Notes: generated by a model from the letters alone, not told the origin. A stretch of DNA of 64,000 nt from Candidatus Multivoradales bacterium (GCA_965223855.1 CBDCXM010000009.1:1600001-1664000); one strand, 5' to 3'. Positions 36,790-46,038 are shown, counted from the stretch's first letter. A program made the numbers and translations.

Positions 36790-38052
36790 ATGTACGCAAG
36801 ATGCGCCTTCGCGGCGCTGACCGTCGTTGCCGCCCTGGCGGCGCCGGTGTCTGCCGGCCGGGAGCCGGCGGCTCGAAACGCGGCCGACGGAGAGGACAGC
36901 AGCGCCTCGACGGAGGGTTCCGGTCTCCTGTCGGCCCTGCGGGCGGGCGAAACCAGCCTGGGCCTGCGCTACCGCCACGAGACCGTCTCGGTCGATTCTC
37001 CCGTGCGGGACGCGCACGCCTCTACCCTTCGCACGACGCTCGGGTGGAAGTCGGGCTCCTACTACGGCTGGCGGGTGTTTCTGGAGGCCGAGGACGTTTC
37101 GGTTCTCGGCGATCGCGACGGCTATCGCAACGCCGGGGCCGGGGCGTTGTCGAACGGCGTCGACGACCGGGCGGTGGTGGCCGATCCCGCTCTCACCGAG
37201 CTCAACCAGGCGGGGCTCCGCTGGCAGGGAAGACGGGGCGAACTCGTGGTCGGTCGGCAGGAGATCAATCTCGCCGACCAGAGGCTGGTCGGCGCCGTCG
37301 GCTGGCGGCAGAACCATCAGTCGTTCGAGGCCGTTCTCTTCCGCTACAGAACGGCGAACGGAATCGGCTTCGAGGCTGCACAGCTCGAGAGTGTGCAGCG
37401 GATCTTCGGCGACGCCCGCGACCTCTCCGGGCAGCTGCTGCAAGTGGACTGGGGGCACGGCCCGGTGAAGCTGAGGGCCTACGTGCTCGAGGTCGACTTC
37501 GAGCGCTTCGCCGGACTTTCGACCCGCACGGCGGGTGCCGAAGGCCGTTGGACGACCGCTCTGACCTCCCGCCGATCCCTCGAGGCCGAGATCGAGTACG
37601 CCGTGCAGGAAGACGCCGGCGCAAACCCAGACAACGTCGAAGCCGACTACCTCCACTGGAGCGTCGGGCTGTCCGGGGAGCCCCTTTCGTTGTGGGTCGG
37701 AGGCGAAGAGCTGTCGGGCGCCCCCGACGAAGGGCGCTTCGCGACCCCGCTGGCCACGCTGCACAAGTTCAACGGCTGGGCCGATCAGTTCCTGCAGACG
37801 CCCGAGAACGGCCTCCGCGACCTCCATGTAGGTCTCGGGGCGCAGCGAGGTGCCTGGCTGGGCGAACTGAGGGCCCACCGGTTCGACGCCGCCAGCGGCG
37901 GCGCCGAGTACGGCGACGAGTTGGACCTGCTGGTGCGGTGGAAGAGCGGCTGGGGCCAGACCTTCGCCCTCAAGATGGCCGACTACGGCGCGGACGGTCA
38001 CTCGGTCGATACGACGAAGTGGATGCTTTGGACGGAGGTGCGCTTTCCATGA
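36790..38052 (+). CDS. Alginate-export-family outer-membrane beta-barrel protein
   Basis: Signal peptide; LRYRHE, VVADP..TELNQA, GRQEINL.DQRLVGAVGWRQN, FATPLATLHKFNGWAD; terminal beta strand. Confidence 0.85.
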   Translation: MYARCAFAALTVVAALAAPVSAGREPAARNAADGEDSSASTEGSGLLSALRAGETSLGLRYRHETVSVDSPVRDAHASTLRTTLGWKSGSYYGWRVFLEAEDVSVLGDRDGYRNAGAGALSNGVDDRAVVADPALTELNQAGLRWQGRRGELVVGRQEINLADQRLVGAVGWRQNHQSFEAVLFRYRTANGIGFEAAQLESVQRIFGDARDLSGQLLQVDWGHGPVKLRAYVLEVDFERFAGLSTRTAGAEGRWTTALTSRRSLEAEIEYAVQEDAGANPDNVEADYLHWSVGLSGEPLSLWVGGEELSGAPDEGRFATPLATLHKFNGWADQFLQTPENGLRDLHVGLGAQRGAWLGELRAHRFDAASGGAEYGDELDLLVRWKSGWGQTFALKMADYGADGHSVDTTKWMLWTEVRFP

Positions 38053-38660
38053 GTGACGCGTCGAGGGATTCCAAGGCCAGCACCACCACGGGCGGCGACC
38101 CGAGGGAAACGTCGTCACCTTCCGCAGCGCGGGCCCAGCCGCCGAGCGAGGATCGCCGGGACTTCCTGGCCAGGGCGTCGAAGGTCGCCATGGCCACAGG
38201 CCTCGCGGCGGGGTACGGTGCCCTCGGAGTCGTCGCGGCTCGCTATCTCTATCCAGCCGGGTCGACCGACGAGGGGTGGGTGTTCGCCGCCGAGACGGCG
38301 AAGATGCGCCCCGGCGATTCGAGGCTCTTTCGGGGCCCGTCCGGGGAGACGATCAACATCACCCGGACGGCGGCCGAGGAGTCGGCGGAGAGTTTCATCG
38401 CGCTCTCGAGCACCTGTCCGCACCTGGGATGCCAGGTGCACTGGGAGCCGCAGAACGACCGCTACTTCTGCCCCTGCCACAACGGGACCTTCGATGCCGA
38501 GGGGAAGGGGACCGGCGGTCCGCCGGGAGATGCGGGTCAGACACTCCCGAAGTACCCGCTGAGAGTGGAGAAGGGGCTGCTGTTCGTCTCCGTGCCTTCC
38601 TCGCAGCTGGCGCGCGGTGAGCGACTCGTCGAGATCGAGCGGAGGAGACGGCGATCCTGA
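38049..38660 (+). CDS. Rieske 2Fe-2S protein (QcrA/PetC-like) with Tat anchor
   Basis: DRRDFL twin-arginine motif, CPHLGC, CPCHNG. Confidence 0.92.
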   Translation: MSDASRDSKASTTTGGDPRETSSPSAARAQPPSEDRRDFLARASKVAMATGLAAGYGALGVVAARYLYPAGSTDEGWVFAAETAKMRPGDSRLFRGPSGETINITRTAAEESAESFIALSSTCPHLGCQVHWEPQNDRYFCPCHNGTFDAEGKGTGGPPGDAGQTLPKYPLRVEKGLLFVSVPSSQLARGERLVEIERRRRRS

Positions 38661-39706
38661 GCGGAGCACAGAGCTGGCTCAAAGAGCGGATCCCCGTGTC
38701 GGGCTCGCAGATGCGCGAGCTCACGAACGAGCCGGTGCCCCACCACCTGAAGCGCTGGTGGTTCGCCCTCGGTGGCACACCGGCCTACCTCTTCGTGGTG
38801 CAGATCTTCACCGGGATTCTCCTCGCCTTCTACTACGAGCCGTCGTCGCAGTCGGCCTACGAATCGGTGCGCTACATCACCGAGGAGGCGGCGTTCGGCT
38901 GGTATCTGCGCAGCGTCCACAAGTGGGCGGCCACGCTGATGATCGCCGCCGTGGTGCTGCATCAGATGCGGGTCTATTTCACCGGCGCCTACCGCCGCCC
39001 GCGGGAGCTCAACTGGGTCGTCGGGATGTGTCTGCTGCTGACGACCCTGATGACCGGTTTCACCGGTTACAGCCTGGTCTACGAACAGCTCTCGTTCTGG
39101 GGTGCGACGGTCGGCGCCAACATCACCGACACCGTGCCGGTCGTCGGCGGATTCCTGAAGACGATGCTCCTGGCGGGCGACAGCTACAACGAGCACACGT
39201 TGTCCCGCTTCTTCGTGCTCCACGCCGCCGTCTTGCCCGTGACGATCATCCTGCTGGTGGTCGTGCACGTGATCTTCATTCGCCTCCAGGGGGTGACGGA
39301 GTTCAAGTTCAAGGACGAGGAGCGACTGCCGGCCAGGTCGTTCAACTTCTTCCCGGAGCATCTGATGACGGAGCTCACGATCGGGCTGGTCCTGATGGTG
39401 ATTCTGTCGGCACTCGCCACGATCTTTCCAGCCGTCATGGGGCCGCCCGCGGATCCGCTGACCACTCCCGAAGTCATCAAGCCCGAGTGGTTCTTCTATG
39501 TGGCGTTCCGCTGGTTGAAGCTCTTTACTGGGACCGCGGCGGTGCTGAGCATGGGGTTGATCGTCGGCACGATGTTCGCCTGGCCGTGGATCGACGGTTG
39601 GATCCGGCGACGGACGAGGTTCAAGGAGGCGAGCGTCTGGATCGGCATCGTCGGGGTGCTCACGATCGTCGCGCTCACCGTCTGGGAGGCAGTGGTCAAA
39701 CACTGA
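38657..39706 (+). CDS. Cytochrome b (b6 plus subunit IV fused type) of a Rieske/cytb complex
   Basis: LRSVH...VLH and FFVLH-x14-H heme ligands, TGYSL, WGATV, PADPLTTP, IKPEWF; start probably upstream of GTG 38696. Confidence 0.92.
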   Translation: MSGAQSWLKERIPVSGSQMRELTNEPVPHHLKRWWFALGGTPAYLFVVQIFTGILLAFYYEPSSQSAYESVRYITEEAAFGWYLRSVHKWAATLMIAAVVLHQMRVYFTGAYRRPRELNWVVGMCLLLTTLMTGFTGYSLVYEQLSFWGATVGANITDTVPVVGGFLKTMLLAGDSYNEHTLSRFFVLHAAVLPVTIILLVVVHVIFIRLQGVTEFKFKDEERLPARSFNFFPEHLMTELTIGLVLMVILSALATIFPAVMGPPADPLTTPEVIKPEWFFYVAFRWLKLFTGTAAVLSMGLIVGTMFAWPWIDGWIRRRTRFKEASVWIGIVGVLTIVALTVWEAVVKH

Positions 39707-39715
39707 GGAGCTGTC

Positions 39716-41356
39716 ATGACACTCGAGACCAAACGTTGGATCATCGCCGCGCTCGGCTTTCTCTTCCTGCTCTCTCTCGTGCTGGTGCAGTGGATGGAGA
39801 CGGCGCGCAAGGCGGAGGAAGCGGGCCTGGCCAAGGCTCACATCGCGGTGCCCGACAGTTCGAAGGAATGCGTCAAGTGTCACGACCAGAGCACGCCGGG
39901 GATCATCGGCCACTGGGAGGGGAGTACCCATGCGGAGAAGGGTGTCGGCTGTGTCGAATGCCATCGGGCCGAGTCCTTCGATGCGGACTCGTTCGAGCAC
40001 TACGGCGAGGTGATCGCCACCGTCGTCACGCCGCGCGACTGCGCCGGTTGTCATCTGAAAGAGGCGGAGCAGTTCGCCTCCAGCCACCACGCCAAGGGCG
40101 GCAACATCCTCGCTTCGCTCGACAACTTCCTCGCCGAGACGGTCGAAGGCTCGCGCGAGCCGTTCAATCCCCACAGCCCTACGCCCGGGATGCAGGTGAA
40201 CGCCGTCAACGGTCTGGCGAGCGCGTTTTCCGGCTGCCAGCAGTGCCATGGGTCAAAAGTGGCGCTGCTGGGAGAGGACGGTCGGCAGATCACCGTCGAT
40301 GACCTGCAGCCCGACGAGAACGGGCGGCCGACCAACGTCGTCGCGGTGGAGGCGATCGCCCGCGACGAGAACGGCAAGCCGAGCTTCCATCCCGGTACCT
40401 GGCCCAACACGGGCATCGGGCGACTCAATCTCGACGGATCACGAGGATCGTGCTCGGCCTGTCACAGCCGTCACGATTTCTCGCCGCGCCGGGCACGTCA
40501 GCCGGAGAACTGCGGCAAATGCCACCTCGGCCCCGACCATCCTCAGAAAGAGATCTTCGAGGAGTCGAAGCACGGCGTCGCCTACCGCGACCTCAAGGAC
40601 GACCTCAACCTCGACGGCGAGGACTGGGTGCTGGGGGTGGACTACTCCGCCGCCCCGACCTGCGCCACGTGCCACATGTCCGGCCATCTGCGCAACGGCG
40701 GCGAGGTGACCCACGACCCGGGCGAGCGCATCTCATGGACGAACCGGCCTCCGGTGTCGCTCGTCATGGACACCGACGAGAACCATGCGATCGTCAAGGA
40801 GACCGATCCCGACAAGAGGCGTGAGCTCATCGCCGACAGCTGGGAGGACAAGCGCAATCGGATGAAGCAGGTGTGCTCGCACTGCCACACCCCCGACTAC
40901 GTCAACGCCTTCTACCGGCAGTACGACGACCTGGTCATCCTCTACAACGAGAAGTTCGCCAAGCCGGGACAGCAGATCATGGCGGCGTTGGCGGCGGCCG
41001 GCTTGCGATCGCCCACCCAGTTCGACGAAGAGATCGAGTGGACCTGGTTCTACCTGTGGCACCACGAGGGGCGGCGGGCGCGTCACGGCGCGTCGATGAT
41101 GGCGCCCGACTACACGCACTGGCACGGCATGTACGAGGTCGCGGAGCGGTTCTACATGGAGCTCATCCCACAGGCGCGCGAGATCACTCACGAGGCGAGG
41201 GCGGACGGGCACGCGGCTGCGGCCGCCGAGGTGGACGGAGTGATCGCCGCCATCCTTGCCCGGCCCGAGCACGAATGGTTCGAGGAGGGGGCCGTGGCCG
41301 AGACCGAGCGGGTGCGAGAGGAGATGCGACGGCGCTACGGTCAGGGCGGCGGTTAG
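39716..41356 (+). CDS. Membrane-anchored octaheme cytochrome c, hydroxylamine oxidoreductase (HAO) family
   Basis: Eight CxxCH motifs (CVKCH, CVECH, CAGCH, CQQCH, CSACH, CGKCH, CATCH, CSHCH), GPDH, ESKHG, PDYTHWHG; GAGGAG RBS. Confidence 0.9.
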   Translation: MTLETKRWIIAALGFLFLLSLVLVQWMETARKAEEAGLAKAHIAVPDSSKECVKCHDQSTPGIIGHWEGSTHAEKGVGCVECHRAESFDADSFEHYGEVIATVVTPRDCAGCHLKEAEQFASSHHAKGGNILASLDNFLAETVEGSREPFNPHSPTPGMQVNAVNGLASAFSGCQQCHGSKVALLGEDGRQITVDDLQPDENGRPTNVVAVEAIARDENGKPSFHPGTWPNTGIGRLNLDGSRGSCSACHSRHDFSPRRARQPENCGKCHLGPDHPQKEIFEESKHGVAYRDLKDDLNLDGEDWVLGVDYSAAPTCATCHMSGHLRNGGEVTHDPGERISWTNRPPVSLVMDTDENHAIVKETDPDKRRELIADSWEDKRNRMKQVCSHCHTPDYVNAFYRQYDDLVILYNEKFAKPGQQIMAALAAAGLRSPTQFDEEIEWTWFYLWHHEGRRARHGASMMAPDYTHWHGMYEVAERFYMELIPQAREITHEARADGHAAAAAEVDGVIAAILARPEHEWFEEGAVAETERVREEMRRRYGQGGG

Positions 41357-41419
41357 CACCGTAGAGGGGAGTGAGGCCGCGGCCGGTCCCGCGGGCGGGC
41401 GAACCCCTGTCAGGTGGCT

Positions 41420-42274
41420 TCAGCCCGACAGGTGCCTGCGGAACCAGGTCTGCGTCGCGTTGAGGACGGTCGTGAGGTGCGGGTTCGGGGAACCGAGCGG
41501 GTGAGTGGCGCCGAAGGTATGGTTGCCGCCTTCGACCAGCACGCTCTCGAAGCTCGATCCGGTCGCGACACCTTGCAGGGCCCCGGCCTCCGCCACCGGC
41601 ACGGTCTCGTCCTCCGTCCCGTGTACGAGCAGCCACGGCGTCTCGATCCGCGCGGCGGCCGCCCGAACGTCGTACTCGTCGAGACGACCCTCGCCGTCCT
41701 CGATCAGCGAGGCGTCGAGAAAAAGCTCCTGTCCGGTGCGACCGTTGACGATCGGCAGCCGCCCGCTTTCGCGCCACGCCTGCTTCGCCTCTTCGTCGAT
41801 CCGGTCCCAGGTCGAGATCGCCGCCCAGGTCACGAGGGCGCGCAGCCGTCCGCGCCAGCGCTCGGAGCCGGCGGTGACGATCGACAGACCGCCGCCGCGG
41901 CTGTGACCAAGCAGGCCCAGGCGCTCGGTATCGACCCGGCCGGCGGCGAGGCGGTCCTCGGTGAGCGCGGTCAGCACGGCGTCGATGTCCTCGAGATCGT
42001 CGCCGAAGGTGCGCCGGGCGAACGCCTCTTCGTCGGTCACGAGGTCGTCCCCCGGCTGCATGCCCGAGCTGCCGAGATTGAAGCGGACGACGGTGAAGCC
42101 TCGTGCCGCCAGCAGGTCGGCGAGGTAGGGATGGAAGCCCCACTCCTGGAAGCTCTTGAAGCCGTGGCAGTCGAGGACGGTCGGCCGGCGGCCCGGGGTG
42201 TCGGGAAGGTCGAGGATACCGGGGAGCACACGACCGGAAGGCGTGTCGAGGGCGAAGCTCTGGCGTTCGGGCAT
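41420..42274 (-). CDS. Alpha/beta hydrolase (S9-like)
   Basis: CHGFK, GHSRGG, HGTEDETV, GNHTF. Confidence 0.85.
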   Translation of the reverse strand: MPERQSFALDTPSGRVLPGILDLPDTPGRRPTVLDCHGFKSFQEWGFHPYLADLLAARGFTVVRFNLGSSGMQPGDDLVTDEEAFARRTFGDDLEDIDAVLTALTEDRLAAGRVDTERLGLLGHSRGGGLSIVTAGSERWRGRLRALVTWAAISTWDRIDEEAKQAWRESGRLPIVNGRTGQELFLDASLIEDGEGRLDEYDVRAAAARIETPWLLVHGTEDETVPVAEAGALQGVATGSSFESVLVEGGNHTFGATHPLGSPNPHLTTVLNATQTWFRRHLSG

Positions 42275-42337
42275 GGAGGCATCCTATCGGCACCTGTCGT
42301 GCGCCCAGGGGCTCGTCTGCAGGGGTAGACTGCCGGC

Positions 42338-43315
42338 GTGATCGGGCGAGCGGCGTGGATGGAGGGGGCCGGCTGGACCGAGCGGCGGTGGAGCGAGGCG
42401 TTTCTCGCGCGCGGCGAGGATCGGGTCCGCTTCCTCAACGGGTACCTCACCTGCGAGGTCGCTGCCGAGAACGGCAGCTTCGGCTTCTTCACCCACGCGA
42501 AGGGGGGCATCCTCGCCGACGCGGTGGTTCAGGCGCGCGAAGGGGAGCACCGGATCGTGGTGCCGGATGGGCGGGGAGAGGCTCTCCTCGAGCATCTGCG
42601 GCGCTACGTGATCGCCGACCGGGTCGAGTTCGAGCTGGAGGAAGGCGTGGCGGAGTGGATCCTGGCGGGGGAGGGCGCCGCCGGCATGCTCTCGGCACTC
42701 GGTGTCGACGTACCGCGCGTCGAAGCAAGGGAGGAGTGGACGACGGTCACCGGCAAGCTCGGCGGTGCGGCGGTCCACGTCACGCTGGAGCGTGACCTCG
42801 GGGCGCCGGTGTTCTCGATTGCCGCTGCCATCGAGGACGCCGCCGGCGTCGCTGGAGCTCTCGAGAGTTCCGGCGCCGAAACGGTCGACGGGGCGGCGTT
42901 CGAAGCGGCTCGGATCGCCGCCGGAGTGCCCCGCTACGGCGTCGACTACGACGAGCGTCACTTTCCGCAGGAGACGGGGCTCGAAGACGGGATCAGTTAC
43001 ACCAAGGGCTGCTATCTGGGCCAGGAGGTGGTGGCGAGGATTCACTATCGCGGCCACGTCAACCACAGTCTGCGGGCTCTCGACTTCGAGCTGACCGATT
43101 CGTTGACGCTGCCCGAGCCGGGCACGCCCGTGACGTTCGAGGGCGACGAGGTCGGTCGGGTCGGCAGCTCGGCTCGCTTCGAGCCCGACGGAGTGGCGCG
43201 TGCTCTGGCGGTGCTCCACCGCAAGGCGGCCGAACCCGGGACGACCGTTCGCGTCGCCGGCGGCCTGGCAGCGGTGGTCGTCGTCGCACGATCGCCTCAC
43301 GGCTCTGTTATCTGA
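42338..43315 (+). CDS. ygfZ: Folate-binding Fe-S repair protein, YgfZ/GcvT family
   Basis: GEDRVRFLNG, PQET, KGCYLGQE signature. Confidence 0.88.
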   Translation: MIGRAAWMEGAGWTERRWSEAFLARGEDRVRFLNGYLTCEVAAENGSFGFFTHAKGGILADAVVQAREGEHRIVVPDGRGEALLEHLRRYVIADRVEFELEEGVAEWILAGEGAAGMLSALGVDVPRVEAREEWTTVTGKLGGAAVHVTLERDLGAPVFSIAAAIEDAAGVAGALESSGAETVDGAAFEAARIAAGVPRYGVDYDERHFPQETGLEDGISYTKGCYLGQEVVARIHYRGHVNHSLRALDFELTDSLTLPEPGTPVTFEGDEVGRVGSSARFEPDGVARALAVLHRKAAEPGTTVRVAGGLAAVVVVARSPHGSVI

Positions 43316-43337
43316 GGTTCCTCGACAGGAGGAACCC

Positions 43338-44012
43338 GTGAAACAGAGTCTGACCCCAGCCCTGATCTGCGAACTGGTCGGTACCTTCGCCCTGGTCTTC
43401 GTCGGCGCCGGCGCGGCCGCCCTCGGCGTGGGCGGTCTCCTGGGAGCCGCCTTCGCACACGGCATGGTCGTCGTCGGTTTCGTCTACGCCTACGGCCACG
43501 TCTCCGGTACCCACATCAACCCCGTGGTGACGATCGGCTGCTGGGTCGCCGGTGCCATCGGCACCGGCCAGGCGCTCTTCTACGTCGTCTTCCAGCTCTT
43601 CGGGGGAGTTCTGGGAGCGATGACCCTGCGTACGGTGCTCGGCGGTGCGGAAACGGGGCTGGGGCTGACGCTGCCGGCTCAGGAACTCGCGATCGGTGAC
43701 GCCAGCCTGACGATCGGCGCCGGGATGGCGATTCTCATCGAGGCGATCCTGACGTTCTTTCTCGTCAATGCGGTCCTCAATGCCGCCGTCAGCGGCAAGG
43801 CCGGGAGTCTCGCGGCGGTAGGGATCGGCATGACGCTCATGGCCTGCATCCTCATGGGCGCACCGCTCACCGGGGCGAGCTTCAACCCGGCGCGCTCTCT
43901 CGGACCGGCCGTGGCGACGGGGCAGTTCCAGCAGTTGTGGATCTACTTCGTCGGCCCGACTCTCGGCGCCGTGGTGGCGGCGCTCCTCTACCGCGGCTTG
44001 CTCGAGGAATAG
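43338..44012 (+). CDS. MIP-family channel (aquaporin)
   Basis: ELVGTF, SGTHINPV, SFNPARSLGPA, WIYFVGP; AGGAGG RBS. Confidence 0.92.
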   Translation: MKQSLTPALICELVGTFALVFVGAGAAALGVGGLLGAAFAHGMVVVGFVYAYGHVSGTHINPVVTIGCWVAGAIGTGQALFYVVFQLFGGVLGAMTLRTVLGGAETGLGLTLPAQELAIGDASLTIGAGMAILIEAILTFFLVNAVLNAAVSGKAGSLAAVGIGMTLMACILMGAPLTGASFNPARSLGPAVATGQFQQLWIYFVGPTLGAVVAALLYRGLLEE

Positions 44013-44068
44013 GGAACCCGAGTCTCAGGAGCCCGACTCTCAGGAGCCCGGGCCCCGGGAGTCGGGGG
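44011..44068. repeat. Roughly 15-bp tandem repeat and GC hairpin between convergent genes (possible terminator)
   Basis: AGGGAACCCGAGTCTC / AGGAGCCCGACTCTC / AGGAGCCCGGG; CCGACTC pairs with GAGTCGG. Confidence 0.55.
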
Positions 44069-44086
44069 CGTGGCAGGACCGGGGTG

Positions 44087-44467
44087 TCAGACGGCGAAGG
44101 ACGAGCCGCAGCCGCAGGTGCCGACCGCCTGCGGGTTGATGAACTTGAAACCGGCCCCGGTCGTGCCGAGGACGTAGTCGATCTCGGTGCCCTGGAGATA
44201 GCGCGCGCTGATCGGATCGACGAAGACGGTCAGTCCGTCGTACTCGAGCACGAAGTCGTTCTCCCGCGGCTCGAGTTCGAAGTCGAGGGCGTACTCGAAG
44301 CCGCTGCATCCGCCGCCGCGGACCGCCACCCTCAGGCCGGAGGCCTCGTCGATCTTCTCCGTCTCGCGGGTGATCTTCACCATCTGCACCGCCTTGTCGG
44401 TGAGGGCGATCGGGGTGGGTGCCGGAGGCGTCGCCGCATCCGGAGTCGTGGTCGGGGTGGTTTCCAT
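44087..44467 (-). CDS. A-type Fe-S carrier (HesB/IscA/ErpA family)
   Basis: GGGCSGFEY, F.NP...CGCGSSF. Confidence 0.93.
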   Translation of the reverse strand: METTPTTTPDAATPPAPTPIALTDKAVQMVKITRETEKIDEASGLRVAVRGGGCSGFEYALDFELEPRENDFVLEYDGLTVFVDPISARYLQGTEIDYVLGTTGAGFKFINPQAVGTCGCGSSFAV

Positions 44468-44525
44468 CTTCAGCGCTCCTTGCCGGCGTTGTCGTTGCCG
44501 ACTGGAGGAAAGTGTACCAAGCGGG

Positions 44526-45011
44526 TCAAGGAATCTCGTCTTCGGCAGGTGGCGGTGAGTGCCCCTGCGGACGGTGCCGCGGGTGCTCACCGGCACGGTC
44601 GTCGTCGCGTCCATCGCCACGACGGTGCCGACCCCGGGGGCCACGGTGGCGACCCGGACCGCGCTCCCGCCAGCGCCGCCGGCGCTCGCGATAGATCTCG
44701 AGCTGCTCGGCATCGAGCACCGCCTCGACCTCGGCGTGGGCGCGCTCGAGGACCGTTTCCACCCTCGGTCGCAGCTCCTCGCGCACCGCCTCCAGCTCGC
44801 GCCGCGAGTCGCGGAAGATCGCTTCGAGTCGGCTGCGTTGCTCGGGCGTCAGGTCGAGATCGCGATGAAGGAAGTAGCGCTCCAGGTGCGGTGGCTCGCC
44901 GGGCATGTCGGCCGGGCGCCGGCCGTCGAGGAGCCGGGCACCCAGCGCTCCCGAAACCAGGCCGACGGCGAAGACGACCGCCACCAGCAGCAGCGCGATC
45001 GGCCGGCTCAC
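44526..45011 (-). CDS. Periplasmic heavy-metal sensor / Spy-CpxP-like protein
   Basis: N-terminal TM, LDLTPEQR and VLDAEQ (LTxxQ motifs). Confidence 0.75.
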   Translation of the reverse strand: MSRPIALLLVAVVFAVGLVSGALGARLLDGRRPADMPGEPPHLERYFLHRDLDLTPEQRSRLEAIFRDSRRELEAVREELRPRVETVLERAHAEVEAVLDAEQLEIYRERRRRWRERGPGRHRGPRGRHRRGDGRDDDRAGEHPRHRPQGHSPPPAEDEIP

Positions 45012-45403
45012 GGCGCCTCCCCCGGCCCCGCGTCGGCGCTCAGCCCCGCATCGTCGAGCAGCCAGGAGACCACGGCGGTCTCAGGGTCGCTCGTCTCCGT
45101 CGTCAACGGGTCGGTCTCGCGCAGACTGAGCCACGAGAGCACGAGCGCCAGCGCGAGGGTCGCCGGCAGCAGGCGCAGCGCCGCCCATCCGAGAAGGTCT
45201 TCGGAGGTCTCGAGCCGCTCGCGGACCCGCAGAGCGAAGCCGGGAGGCGGCGAAATCTCGGAGCGCTCGCCGAGGAGCTCATGGGCCGCCTCCAGACGTC
45301 CGACGAAGCGGGCGCACGCGGGGCAGCCCTCCGCATGCCGGAGCGCCACCGGATCGGTCCCATCGGTGGCGATCAGGGTGTCGCGAGCGCTGCGGCAGTT
45401 CAC
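45008..45403 (-). CDS. Zinc-binding (HxxxCxxC) anti-sigma factor
   Basis: MNC...HAEGCPAC, PPPGFALRV, one TM; coupled to the sigma gene. Confidence 0.85.
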   Translation of the reverse strand: MNCRSARDTLIATDGTDPVALRHAEGCPACARFVGRLEAAHELLGERSEISPPPGFALRVRERLETSEDLLGWAALRLLPATLALALVLSWLSLRETDPLTTETSDPETAVVSWLLDDAGLSADAGPGEAP

Positions 45404-45936
45404 GGCGTCTCCTCCTCCAGGAGAGCCCGCAGCTTGCGCCGCGCGCGGAAGGCCCGCACCTTGACGTTCGAGACGGACCAGCCGAGGCGCTCGGCGATCT
45501 CGGCCGTCGTCCAGCCCTCGCCGTGGAGCAGCTGAAGCAGAAATCGATCTCGAGAATCGAGGTGCGAGAGCAGCCGCTCGGCATCGAGTCGCGCCTCGGG
45601 ACCGGCGCTCCTGTCCGGCAGCTCGGAGTCCAGCTCCTCGCTCGGTTTCGCCCGGCGCAGAAGCTGATAGCAGCAGTTGAGGCAGACGCGCGTCAGCCAG
45701 TGCTCGAACGGCGCCTCGGCACGGTAGCTCGAGAGCTTTCGCCAGGCGGTGAGGAAGGTTTCCTGAGCCGCCTCCTCGACGTCGGCTCGCTGGCGGAAGA
45801 AGCGACCGGCGAGCCGGAAGACCCGCTGTTGATGCTGCTCGACGAGGCGGGTGAAAGCGTCGCGGTCGCCGTCCCTGGCGGCGACGACGAGGCGTGCCTC
45901 TTCGCTCGCGTCCACGGGAGCGAAACCGGCGGTCAT
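45400..45936 (-). CDS. ECF RNA polymerase sigma factor
   Basis: GDRDAFTRLV, AAQETF, FEHWLTRV, EIAERLGWSVSNVKVRAFRAR; start 45936 or 45957. Confidence 0.92.
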   Translation of the reverse strand: MTAGFAPVDASEEARLVVAARDGDRDAFTRLVEQHQQRVFRLAGRFFRQRADVEEAAQETFLTAWRKLSSYRAEAPFEHWLTRVCLNCCYQLLRRAKPSEELDSELPDRSAGPEARLDAERLLSHLDSRDRFLLQLLHGEGWTTAEIAERLGWSVSNVKVRAFRARRKLRALLEEETP

Positions 45937-46009
45937 CGGTAGGGCCCAGGCATACATGATCTTGGGTGCGGCAGTGGCGGCCGTCGCGATCACGGCCGCT
46001 TCAACCAGT

Positions 46010-46038
46010 GAGATGCAGCGAACCGCCGTCAGGTTACA
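46010..46038 (-). promoter_or_regulatory. Putative ECF promoter for the sigma operon
   Basis: Minus strand TGTAACCTGACGGCGGTTCGCTGCATCTC (TGTAAC-N17-CATC). Confidence 0.7.

Noticed and set aside
36429-38660. 743-aa ORF suggesting a large Rieske fusion
   Set aside because: The upstream part is a shadow frame over the kinase and porin genes; the real protein starts at ATG 38049 after GGAGG and has a Tat motif. The same artefact inflates ORFs 627, 12218, 19202, 25489, 27069, 45400 and 48113
39716-41356. Evidence that the organism oxidises ammonia or performs anammox
   Set aside because: No amo, cycA/cycB or hzs genes in the window, and the cross-link Tyr of oxidative HAO is not evident
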